Below, in pieces: positions 36,612-44,570 of a DNA stretch of 64,000 nucleotides. A model generated the notes under the pieces. That model ran no database searches. It was not told the origin of the DNA and saw only the letters and a list, made by a program, of their open reading frames with translations. Where the stretch lies: IMG/VR virus record IMGVR_UViG_3300012347_000364, positions 25,019-89,018 of that record; one strand, 5' to 3'. The stretch's first letter is position 1. The number at the start of each line of letters is the position of its first letter. Position numbers and translations under genes: made by a program. Origin of the DNA: a virus. Lineage: Duplodnaviria; Heunggongvirae; Uroviricota; Caudoviricetes.

Positions 36612-37754
36612 TTAGCAATCCGATTTTGGTTTCTTGATTGCTTTCATAACCTTAGCCATTTTAGATTCCATGAATCCTTTATGAGTTACGATGCCTCGTG
36701 CTTTGGCTAGGTTTTCACGATCGCTGATCTTACCAGCTTTCTCATCATCTCTTACTTGCTTGACTGTTAATGGCTTGTCGCCGCGCGCCTTGCGTAGATA
36801 TGCTGGAATGTCTTTGGTTTGCAACATTTCGTCGACGTTCTTTCCGCGCAACGCGTTTAGTCTGTTCAATGTCAATTGTGTCTTATCACTCATAGTATCT
36901 TCTCTGTAGAATTTTCTCGTTCCTGGCTTGGAATGGATTGGTTTGCGGATTCGTGGGCTAACTGTTCCGACGGATTGGATATTGCCAGCTGCTTGATCAA
37001 CGATTGCAGGAACAGTTCCTACTGTGCCGCCATTAGGAATGGGCGTATAACGTACCTGCTGGCCAGGAGTGTCTTTTTGATAGGTCTTGCGCAAGCTGTT
37101 GGTGCCCTGTAGACGGTCAGATGATTTGTCTTCCAAGAACAGGTGCGAGTTAGCGCGGCCATACTCACGCATCATAACACCAGCTAGTGCGTTGGCTTCG
37201 TTCTCATATGGAGATCCTGTATCGCCAGCATTTTCTGGCAACGGCTCACGGAGGCTTTGTTTGTAGTGGACGAGCTCATGCGCAAGTGTACGTAATACAT
37301 CCATTGTATGACGACCAGCAGTGTTTAATTCAATACGCTGCTCTTCTGGGAAGAACCCACCAAACGCTTGGAATTCTTTAGACGCATCCCTTTCTTGGTT
37401 CACGTCGATTCGCGGAAGGGAATCTAACCCCAAGTGGTTCTGCGCAAAAATAACAAAGCTGTCGATTGCTTGCTGGACATCTTTCTTCTCCTGCAATTGA
37501 ACTTCTTCTTGCTGGATCCATTGCTTGAACGCTCCTGTACGGCCCCATTTACTACCTGAAGGTAGGCCACCGCCTTTAACACGCGTTTCCTTGCCTGTAT
37601 TCTTATTTACAGCCCATTTATGATCTGCAGCGTTGCGCTTGCCCTTCATTGAGGATGATATTGCAATCTTGTCAGCATGTGTATGACTGTGGCCTTCAAA
37701 ATTCGAATGGCCTTTCATTGTACGTGATATTTTCTTGCGGGTTTCGGCGTCCAT
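36612..37754 (-). CDS. chimeric protein: two N-terminal NUMOD3 motifs plus HExxH zinc-metallopeptidase-like core plus Lys-rich tail
   Basis: AETRKKISRTMKGHS / HADKIAISSSMKGKRN (NUMOD3); LAHELVHYKQ (HExxH); AGGAAAT RBS on the minus strand. Confidence 0.5.
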   Translation of the reverse strand: MDAETRKKISRTMKGHSNFEGHSHTHADKIAISSSMKGKRNAADHKWAVNKNTGKETRVKGGGLPSGSKWGRTGAFKQWIQQEEVQLQEKKDVQQAIDSFVIFAQNHLGLDSLPRIDVNQERDASKEFQAFGGFFPEEQRIELNTAGRHTMDVLRTLAHELVHYKQSLREPLPENAGDTGSPYENEANALAGVMMREYGRANSHLFLEDKSSDRLQGTNSLRKTYQKDTPGQQVRYTPIPNGGTVGTVPAIVDQAAGNIQSVGTVSPRIRKPIHSKPGTRKFYREDTMSDKTQLTLNRLNALRGKNVDEMLQTKDIPAYLRKARGDKPLTVKQVRDDEKAGKISDRENLAKARGIVTHKGFMESKMAKVMKAIKKPKSDC

Positions 37755-37928
37755 AGCATTTCCTGTTATTAGTGTCCCGTTTATGTCCTCCCACCTGGCG
37801 TAGTGGGATGTAGTAGGACGGGACCACTCCTTTTTGACACCTATCGTAAGTTTAACGGTCCTAAGGTAGGTGTGATCTAATTGATCTATTTATTCAACTG
37901 CGTAAGCGATATCTTATAGCGATTTTAC

Positions 37929-40673
37929 TTATGCGCCACGTATCATACAGCCTTGGAAGTATGAAATTTGTTGGTATTCGCTAATGGTCCTGTTAGCGCC
38001 ACTGCTTTGATAGACATACACTTGGAAGTAGTCGCCGCTTCCGTTAGCATATGCTATACAACTAACTGATAACGTGAAGAAGTTGGCGCCTGCCTCCGTA
38101 CCCATCTCATTAGTGCCACGTTTATGCTCAGCACCATTCTTGTAAATAACAATCATACGCTCGCCAGTGCCTGAGCTACCATCTATACGAACGGTGGCGT
38201 TGAGTTGATAGTATCCTTCTACGTTTGGTTGGAATTTACCATTAGGGGCATCATAACACCCACCAATATCATATTCTTCATTTCCTAAGTTTACACGCGT
38301 GTTCGAGCCACTAGCAATCGTTTGTGCTGGAGAAGTTGGGTATGCGCTGAATGCCGGGCCATTGACTGCCTTTTTACCATTGACTTGATAATCTCCGCTA
38401 ATACTCATATTACCAGCATCACTCAATATCACTAAGGGTGCAGTGTATGCACTATTGATAATTTCAACAGCACCAGCGCTACTCAAACGGAATGTTTTAT
38501 TGCCGTTAGTAACTCCGCTAGTAGTGTTAGTAACTTTTAAGAAGTCGAAGTATCCGATACCACCTTGTGTGTCTTTGCCAGTAGCAGTTAAAGCAGCTCC
38601 ATTAGCTGTTGCAGGAGTATACGTAACCGTTAATGAATTGTTAATACTAAAGTTGGAACCATTAGCATATGCATACTGATTTGCTGCCTTTGTACCAAGG
38701 TAAGATGTGTTATTAGACGACAGCGTTGCAACATTAGCTGAGAGACCAGCTGTAGTCTGGTATACACTTAGTGAATTAGCATATGCATATTGGTTAGCAG
38801 AAAACCCACCAAGGTTAGTCGCATTGTTAGCAGTACCAGAGATGTTGTCTGGTATCACGATCCCCGACACTTGCTCGACGTTAATAATAACTGCTGGTGT
38901 ACTAGGTACTGTTGGTGTCGTACCAGCTGCATATGAAACCAATTTCACATGGCCGCCTTCGGATGAGTGCATCACCTGAACTCTATCACCAGCGTTGACA
39001 GTCATCATGAACGGAGTAACAGCAATCAAGCTTCCAGGATCCTGACCAGTGTTCTTTCTATTGACTGAAAATCTACTATTAGTGTTTGTTTGATCGGTGC
39101 CGTTGATTCGAACCCACACATTGGCATCGTCGTCGGCATTGCCAGTATTTTCATACTGGATGCTATATTCAATGCGGTATGTGCCGCTATGTGCAAATAC
39201 TATATCGTTGTTGCTACCGACTGTTACGCCGTTTGTTCCATCATATGATGCAGTAATAGGAACGATGTATGCATTGGTTGTATTAGATAAGGCAACGTTA
39301 GCACCGTTATAGTAGAACGCACCAAAGTATCCAGTAGTGAAGTTGTTGGATGTTCCGTTCTGGTTAATCCATTGACCGAGGGACGTATTATATGTCAGTA
39401 CTTGATTGTTCAGCGGACCAGTAATCGTAACATCAGTCAGACTATCAATCGTAGTTGGAATCGTTGGCTTATTCTTAATAAAGCTGAGCTTGCTTGTGTT
39501 TGCTTCTGTCCAGTCTGCTTGAGTGGCAGCTGTGTTTTGTGTAGTATTATCAGAGAATGTAATCGTCGTGTTGACGAGCAAGTTCTGATTAATGATAACG
39601 CTAGTGTCAACACTAGCGGAGCCAATCACTAAGTCTTGTGTTGTATTCGCTAACTGCATTGTATAGTTCTGCAGTATGATACCACCAGCATTGAATCCAG
39701 CGTTAGCGTTGAATGTTGTATTCGATCCACCACCTTGCGTGATGTAGAACACTTGATTAGCAAGAGATAGTACTTGGTCAGGTCCGCCTAATGTATCAGA
39801 GAATGTGATTGAGTTGGCGCCGACCCAAAGCGATTCCCACCGTTGCGTATCACTACCTAAGCTATACATTAAGTTGGTGTGAGGAAGGACGTCGCCAACA
39901 ACAATATCGTTATTCGTGCTGTTGCCAGCAGTTGTTACTTGATCGAGAGTACCAACAATACCATTCGCTGTGATTGTTATAGGATTTGCTATCCACTTCT
40001 TAGTAGATGCGTTATATGTTAGCACATCTCCGTCAGCAGCACCAATCACAGACGATCGTGCAACATCATCCAAGTCTTTCAACCAAACAGCACCACCGCC
40101 AGGTCCTGTCATCGAGATCTTGCTGACCCAACCTTCCAACAATTTCAACTTGCGTTGGATGTCAGCTAAGTCTCTACCAGTAGCAGCAGGTTCTGGTTGA
40201 ACAAATACTGAAGGAGGAGCTTCTTTGGAAATCTTCTTCGCTGCTTCTTTCGCAAGCGTAGGTTCTTCAATGGGAGCAAGGATCGCTGACTTCTCCGTGA
40301 GTTCAACTTCCTCGACGATCTCGTCCAGAACTTTTTCTAGTTGACCATCAGCAACTTCCTCAGGGATAGTCACTTGTGGTTGTTCTGATATAGACTGCGC
40401 GGCTTTAATCTCATCAATCTTTGAAAGAGTACTAGCAAACCGATCAAGAATTGCCTGCTCTTCAGCAGTCTTCTTCTTTTCGTCAGCCATCAACTTGCCG
40501 ATGTCATTAGACAAACCAGCAAACATGCTTTGGAATGCATTTCGGCGCGATTCAGCAACTTGCTGTATCTTCGCTTCTTCCTCAGCAATTTCATCAAGCA
40601 ACTTTTGGTCGACGGGCTCGCCGATACGTTGTTGCATTCTGACCAGTAGTTTTTTTTCTTTAAGTGTCTTCAT
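37929..40673 (-). CDS. tail-fibre-like protein (914 aa) with two C1q/TNF-like jelly-roll domains
   Basis: N-terminal coiled coil; Asn/Thr/Ser/Gly-rich shaft with ANQYAYAN repeats; middle (about 38950-39330) and C-terminal (about 37932-38360) segments fit the C1q pattern F.A....I.F....N.G..Y....G.F.AP..G.Y.F...V..NG......SL.L..GD.V.V. Confidence 0.5.
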   Translation of the reverse strand: MKTLKEKKLLVRMQQRIGEPVDQKLLDEIAEEEAKIQQVAESRRNAFQSMFAGLSNDIGKLMADEKKKTAEEQAILDRFASTLSKIDEIKAAQSISEQPQVTIPEEVADGQLEKVLDEIVEEVELTEKSAILAPIEEPTLAKEAAKKISKEAPPSVFVQPEPAATGRDLADIQRKLKLLEGWVSKISMTGPGGGAVWLKDLDDVARSSVIGAADGDVLTYNASTKKWIANPITITANGIVGTLDQVTTAGNSTNNDIVVGDVLPHTNLMYSLGSDTQRWESLWVGANSITFSDTLGGPDQVLSLANQVFYITQGGGSNTTFNANAGFNAGGIILQNYTMQLANTTQDLVIGSASVDTSVIINQNLLVNTTITFSDNTTQNTAATQADWTEANTSKLSFIKNKPTIPTTIDSLTDVTITGPLNNQVLTYNTSLGQWINQNGTSNNFTTGYFGAFYYNGANVALSNTTNAYIVPITASYDGTNGVTVGSNNDIVFAHSGTYRIEYSIQYENTGNADDDANVWVRINGTDQTNTNSRFSVNRKNTGQDPGSLIAVTPFMMTVNAGDRVQVMHSSEGGHVKLVSYAAGTTPTVPSTPAVIINVEQVSGIVIPDNISGTANNATNLGGFSANQYAYANSLSVYQTTAGLSANVATLSSNNTSYLGTKAANQYAYANGSNFSINNSLTVTYTPATANGAALTATGKDTQGGIGYFDFLKVTNTTSGVTNGNKTFRLSSAGAVEIINSAYTAPLVILSDAGNMSISGDYQVNGKKAVNGPAFSAYPTSPAQTIASGSNTRVNLGNEEYDIGGCYDAPNGKFQPNVEGYYQLNATVRIDGSSGTGERMIVIYKNGAEHKRGTNEMGTEAGANFFTLSVSCIAYANGSGDYFQVYVYQSSGANRTISEYQQISYFQGCMIRGA

Positions 40674-40689
40674 ATCAATTATTTATCAG

Positions 40690-40718
40690 TTGACTTAGAA
40701 AGCGTTGGGTGGTATAAT
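40690..40718 (+). promoter_or_regulatory. sigma70-type promoter TTGACT-17-TATAAT
   Basis: -35 at 40690-40695, -10 at 40713-40718; restarts + strand transcription after the inverted block. Confidence 0.55.
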
Positions 40719-40739
40719 AGACCAAAAGTGAAAGATGAA

Positions 40740-41300
40740 ATGAGTACACATAAAGTTTATTACACCGACGATGGCCGAGCGATGCACGTGTTTGATGGTT
40801 TGTTCGACCTGCAAACTCGTACACGATTCTTCATGTTCATTAAGAATTCGAAGTTCCTGATTACAGGCGGTGGTGGTGTTGAACCAGAAGATGTTGCAGA
40901 CCAGCAATTTCAATCAATGTACTCTTTTGAGCAGCTACTCGACTTTGGTATGATGGAGAAGCACAACTCGGACGGCTTTGCAGAGGTTATCGAAGGCTAT
41001 GCACCAATTCGTTCGTATGCTCTTGCTACTAATTACACATCTCAACCACACTTTCATCCAGACCCTCCAGGCCTGACTCTACTATACTACGCAAATATGA
41101 AGTGGGATAAAGATTGGGGTGGTGAGACGATGTTTGCTGATGATACGTTGGATGAGATCATCTACACGTCGATGTATGTTCCTGGACGTGTTGTAATCTT
41201 CGATTCCTCTATCCCTCATAAACCTTGTACGCCTACAATAAAGGCCAACCCATTTAGATTCACATACGTTATTAACTTTAAAAAGTTGGAAGCAGAATGA
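40740..41300 (+). CDS. 2OG-Fe(II) oxygenase-like protein
   Basis: HFHPD ... SIPH (HxD...H); ATG 40740 (the track's GTG at 40728 would be leaderless relative to the promoter). Confidence 0.45.
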   Translation: MSTHKVYYTDDGRAMHVFDGLFDLQTRTRFFMFIKNSKFLITGGGGVEPEDVADQQFQSMYSFEQLLDFGMMEKHNSDGFAEVIEGYAPIRSYALATNYTSQPHFHPDPPGLTLLYYANMKWDKDWGGETMFADDTLDEIIYTSMYVPGRVVIFDSSIPHKPCTPTIKANPFRFTYVINFKKLEAE

Positions 41301-41857
41301 AACCAGAAGTAGATAAGATGATATGCGATGCATATCCTAAGATGTTTATCGAGCGTGGTATGTCAGCAGATGAGTCGTGCATGGCATGGGGTCTCGCTGT
41401 CGGTGACGGCTGGTCGACGCTTATTAATATGCTATGTAATAACATCCAACGTCATATTGATTGGACTATTCAGCGACGTAATGGTGTTATCAAGATGAAC
41501 GCAATTCGTGCTGCGTTAAAGCAGGGCAACACTCAACCGTTTGATAATGAGTATGGCGACTTAGGTTGGAGTGAAGAATTTCTATCCAACCGCCGTGAAG
41601 AATTGACAAAAGAAGACTTGCGTCCTGTACCTGATGAAGTAGAGCAAGTAGTTGTCGAGCAAGTAAAAGAGAAATTTGGAACGCTACGATTTTACTACCG
41701 TGGTGGTGATGATTACATCAGCGGTTTAGTTGCTATGGCTGAATCAATGAGTGGATATATGTGTGAGGGGTGTGGTGCGCCAGCCCTGACTAGTCGTTCG
41801 GAACGAGGATGGGTTAATACAACCTGCCAATCTTGTAAGGATAAAAATGGAAACTAA
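41297..41857 (+). CDS. hypothetical protein with C-terminal Cys4 cluster
   Basis: CEGCGAP...CQSCKDK. Confidence 0.4.
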   Translation: MKPEVDKMICDAYPKMFIERGMSADESCMAWGLAVGDGWSTLINMLCNNIQRHIDWTIQRRNGVIKMNAIRAALKQGNTQPFDNEYGDLGWSEEFLSNRREELTKEDLRPVPDEVEQVVVEQVKEKFGTLRFYYRGGDDYISGLVAMAESMSGYMCEGCGAPALTSRSERGWVNTTCQSCKDKNGN

Positions 41858-42017
41858 AGATACGATCATTGAATGTATAAAGATCATTCGTAGCATAACT
41901 GCTCACTCTACTGTGTATACTACACATGATAAGGATAGAGCCGACTCAGTTAAAGAGGACGTCATTCAAGCTCTATGCAAACACTATGACATTAACTATG
42001 AAATGACAAAACGATGA
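41847..42017 (+). CDS. small ORF (56 aa; not in the ORF track)
   Basis: ATG 41847; ATGA-coupled to the next gene at 42014. Confidence 0.3.
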   Translation: METKDTIIECIKIIRSITAHSTVYTTHDKDRADSVKEDVIQALCKHYDINYEMTKR

Positions 42018-42247
42018 GTGTAGAAGTTGAAAAATGGATTACCGTGGACGTCGATCTCGATGATTTTGACGATGAGGATTTATTAGATGAGATCGAACGT
42101 CGAGGGTTAGATTTAGATCACGGCTATACGGATAGTGGTGAAATTAAACGTTTGCTCGTTTCTATCTGGGAAAAGAAACGTCTCGGTCAAGACTTCACAC
42201 GCGACCTCGAAGACTTGATTTATTATGGTATTGGTAAAGTAATCTAA
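42014..42247 (+). CDS. hypothetical acidic protein (77 aa)
   Basis: Tiled ORF. Confidence 0.4.
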   Translation: MSVEVEKWITVDVDLDDFDDEDLLDEIERRGLDLDHGYTDSGEIKRLLVSIWEKKRLGQDFTRDLEDLIYYGIGKVI

Positions 42248-42256
42248 GGAGCTATT

Positions 42257-42448
42257 ATGGTTGGAACATTATTTAAATTATTCGCTGGTATTGCGTTCAT
42301 TGCATTTATGGTCATTATCGGACCGATTTTGATCATCTGGGCTCTGAACACATTGTTCCCAGCACTCGAAATCCCCTACACGATCGAGACGTGGGCGGCT
42401 GCAGCAGTGTTGAACGCTCCCTTCACGACACGTTTTGTAAAGAAATAA
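42257..42448 (+). CDS. small 2-TM membrane protein (63 aa)
   Basis: GGAGCTATTATG RBS; hydrophobic. Confidence 0.4.
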   Translation: MVGTLFKLFAGIAFIAFMVIIGPILIIWALNTLFPALEIPYTIETWAAAAVLNAPFTTRFVKK

Positions 42449-42449
42449 G

Positions 42450-42890
42450 ATGACAGATAAACAACACCAATATCTCACGATCCAATACGATAAAATCGTT
42501 GCTGACACTTCTATGCTAGCAGTCACACGTATGCTAGCTCTAAACGTTAGCAAGAATCCGTATATGTCAGTCAAGGACTTTTTGGAGACGTTGAGTGATG
42601 GCGATCTTGACCTTTTGCTGCTAGTTAGCGAAGAGGAAGATAATAAACACTTCGGTGAGTTGATTATCATTTCAGAAATTTTAGCTCAAACAGAGGGAAT
42701 TATTTCCGAACATAAGTCAACGGATGAAATGTTAGACCACACTATTCTGCGAGTTCAGACGCTTGCCTCTTTCTTGGCTATCGAGGGACTTGGACGAAAA
42801 GGTCTTGTTAAAGTATATCGTGAAAATATGTCGTTTGGTGAAGACCAAGGACATAAGATGATTGTTGAACGATTAGATGTTGACAAATAA
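42450..42890 (+). CDS. hypothetical protein (146 aa)
   Basis: ATG 2 nt after the upstream stop. Confidence 0.4.
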   Translation: MTDKQHQYLTIQYDKIVADTSMLAVTRMLALNVSKNPYMSVKDFLETLSDGDLDLLLLVSEEEDNKHFGELIIISEILAQTEGIISEHKSTDEMLDHTILRVQTLASFLAIEGLGRKGLVKVYRENMSFGEDQGHKMIVERLDVDK

Positions 42891-42908
42891 TTAATCACAA
42901 TGTATAAT
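42880..42908 (+). promoter_or_regulatory. perfect-consensus sigma70 promoter TTGACA-17-TATAAT
   Basis: TTGACA 42880-42885 overlaps the upstream stop; TATAAT 42903-42908; upstream of the NadM-Nudix gene. Confidence 0.6.
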
Positions 42909-42972
42909 TGAGACATATATAAGAAGGCAAGGAGATAGACTCCGAGCTTCAAACTATTGAAAGGATTTTTCA

Positions 42973-43992
42973 ATGTCAAAACCATATGGCACCCTTGTCC
43001 TCATTGGACGCTTCCAACCGTTTCACAACGCTCACCTTGAGATTATCAAGCGTGCGACTGCATTAACAGATAACCTTGTAATCATTACAGGTTCAGCAAA
43101 TCAACCACGTACATATAAGAATCCGTTCACTTCTGCTGAACGCGAACAGATGATCAAAGCCGCAACAGGCGGACTGACATTAAAGATTCACATCGAATCT
43201 AACCCCGATACAATCTACAACGACCAAGCATGGGCCGTTCGCATTCAGTCGATTGTTAGTCGCTACCGCATTCTCGGTACACGCACTGCCGTCATTGGCC
43301 ACAAGAAAGACGATAGCTCATTCTACTTGGATATGTTCCCGCAATGGGAGTATGTTGATGTGGAAGAGATCGAGCCTCTGAGTGCAGTCAACATCCGCGA
43401 CCTGTACTTCAAGCGTGACGCCAACATGAATTTCATTAAAGCAGTCGTGCCACAAACTACATTTGTGTACCTGGATGCTTTCAAAGATACGCCAGAGTAT
43501 GAGCAAATTATCAAAGAGCGCGAGTTCGTTGAGAACTACAGGAAGCAGTATGCATCTTTGCCATACCCGCCAATCTTCTCTACCGCTGATGCTGTTGTGA
43601 TTCAATCCGGTCACATCCTGCTGATCAAACGTCGCGCAGAGCCAGGTAAAGGTTTATGGGCATTGCCAGGCGGTTATGTGAACGCTAACACCGATAAGTC
43701 TGTAGAAGATGCAGCTATCCGTGAGTTGCGCGAAGAAACTATGATTAAAGTGCCAGGACCAGTATTGCGTGGGTCTATTGTTCGTAGCAAAGTATTCGAT
43801 GCAATCGATCGTAGTCCTCGTGGCCGCATCATTACACATGCATTCCACATTGTGTTGCCAGATGGTGAGTTGCCTAAAGTAAAAGGTTCCGATGATGCTG
43901 AAAAAGCACGTTGGGTGCCTATTGCAGAAGTGAAGTCGGAAGAGTGTTTCGAAGACCACTACGAAATCATCCAACACTTCTTGGGAGCTTGA
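42973..43992 (+). CDS. natV: bifunctional NMN adenylyltransferase (NadM-type) plus Nudix ADP-ribose pyrophosphatase
   Basis: Nucleotidyltransferase motif GRFQPFHNAH near the N-terminus; Nudix box GGYVNANTDKSVEDAAIRELREETMIKV; same architecture as vibriophage KVP40 NatV. Confidence 0.75.
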   Translation: MSKPYGTLVLIGRFQPFHNAHLEIIKRATALTDNLVIITGSANQPRTYKNPFTSAEREQMIKAATGGLTLKIHIESNPDTIYNDQAWAVRIQSIVSRYRILGTRTAVIGHKKDDSSFYLDMFPQWEYVDVEEIEPLSAVNIRDLYFKRDANMNFIKAVVPQTTFVYLDAFKDTPEYEQIIKEREFVENYRKQYASLPYPPIFSTADAVVIQSGHILLIKRRAEPGKGLWALPGGYVNANTDKSVEDAAIRELREETMIKVPGPVLRGSIVRSKVFDAIDRSPRGRIITHAFHIVLPDGELPKVKGSDDAEKARWVPIAEVKSEECFEDHYEIIQHFLGA

Positions 43993-43993
43993 T

Positions 43994-44203
43994 ATGCACC
44001 CAAGCAACTACCAACCTAAGCGTAGTCAACAACTCTTCCTAGCAGAACAAGTTAGGACTCAAGTTTTCAACGACTCGATGGATCAGATTATTGTACATCA
44101 TGTGTTGGAAGATACTCCAACCCGATTGTATTTACAAATTGAACGTCGTGCAACAAGTCCAATGGGCTTTGCAGATATTTACTTTGAAAGGGTGGTGCTG
44201 TAA
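43994..44203 (+). CDS. hypothetical protein (69 aa)
   Basis: ATG 2 nt after the upstream stop. Confidence 0.35.
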   Translation: MHPSNYQPKRSQQLFLAEQVRTQVFNDSMDQIIVHHVLEDTPTRLYLQIERRATSPMGFADIYFERVVL

Positions 44204-44400
44204 TGGTAACAGTAGTAAGCACTGAACCACATCCGTCCGTGGTTAAAGAAGCGATCTGCAGGAACTGTGGTGCAACATTGAACTACGTTCCCGTCGATAT
44301 TAAAGAAGAAGTACAATCGGACTACGGCGGTGGGCGTGAGACGGTACGTTTCATTAAATGCCCTCCATGCGGTCATAAAGTGATTGTGAAGGGATATTGA
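44203..44400 (+). CDS. zinc-ribbon protein (65 aa)
   Basis: CRNCGA...CPPCGH. Confidence 0.4.
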   Translation: MVTVVSTEPHPSVVKEAICRNCGATLNYVPVDIKEEVQSDYGGGRETVRFIKCPPCGHKVIVKGY

Positions 44401-44402
44401 AA

Positions 44403-44561
44403 ATGGAATGGACCCTGTTTAATTGGATCAACGTATTCTTCTTGTGTGTCAATGGATACCTCGCATGTGAATTCTTCAAAGCGGACAATCCATTTCCAGC
44501 CTACCTTAATCTGATAGCAAGTGCGACTAATGCTGCATGCATTGCTGCAATTCTAATGTAA
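44403..44561 (+). CDS. small TM peptide (52 aa; not in the ORF track)
   Basis: ATG 3 nt after the upstream stop; WINVFFLCVNGYLACEFF hydrophobic. Confidence 0.3.
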   Translation: MEWTLFNWINVFFLCVNGYLACEFFKADNPFPAYLNLIASATNAACIAAILM

Positions 44562-44570
44562 GGAATTTTT

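Noticed and set aside
40674-40730. T4 late promoter (TATAAATA) upstream of the minus-strand fibre gene
   Set aside because: The best match on the minus strand is GATAAATA (one mismatch) and there is no RBS before the ATG. The same region clearly carries a + strand TTGACT-17-TATAAT promoter, so the late-promoter call is not supported.
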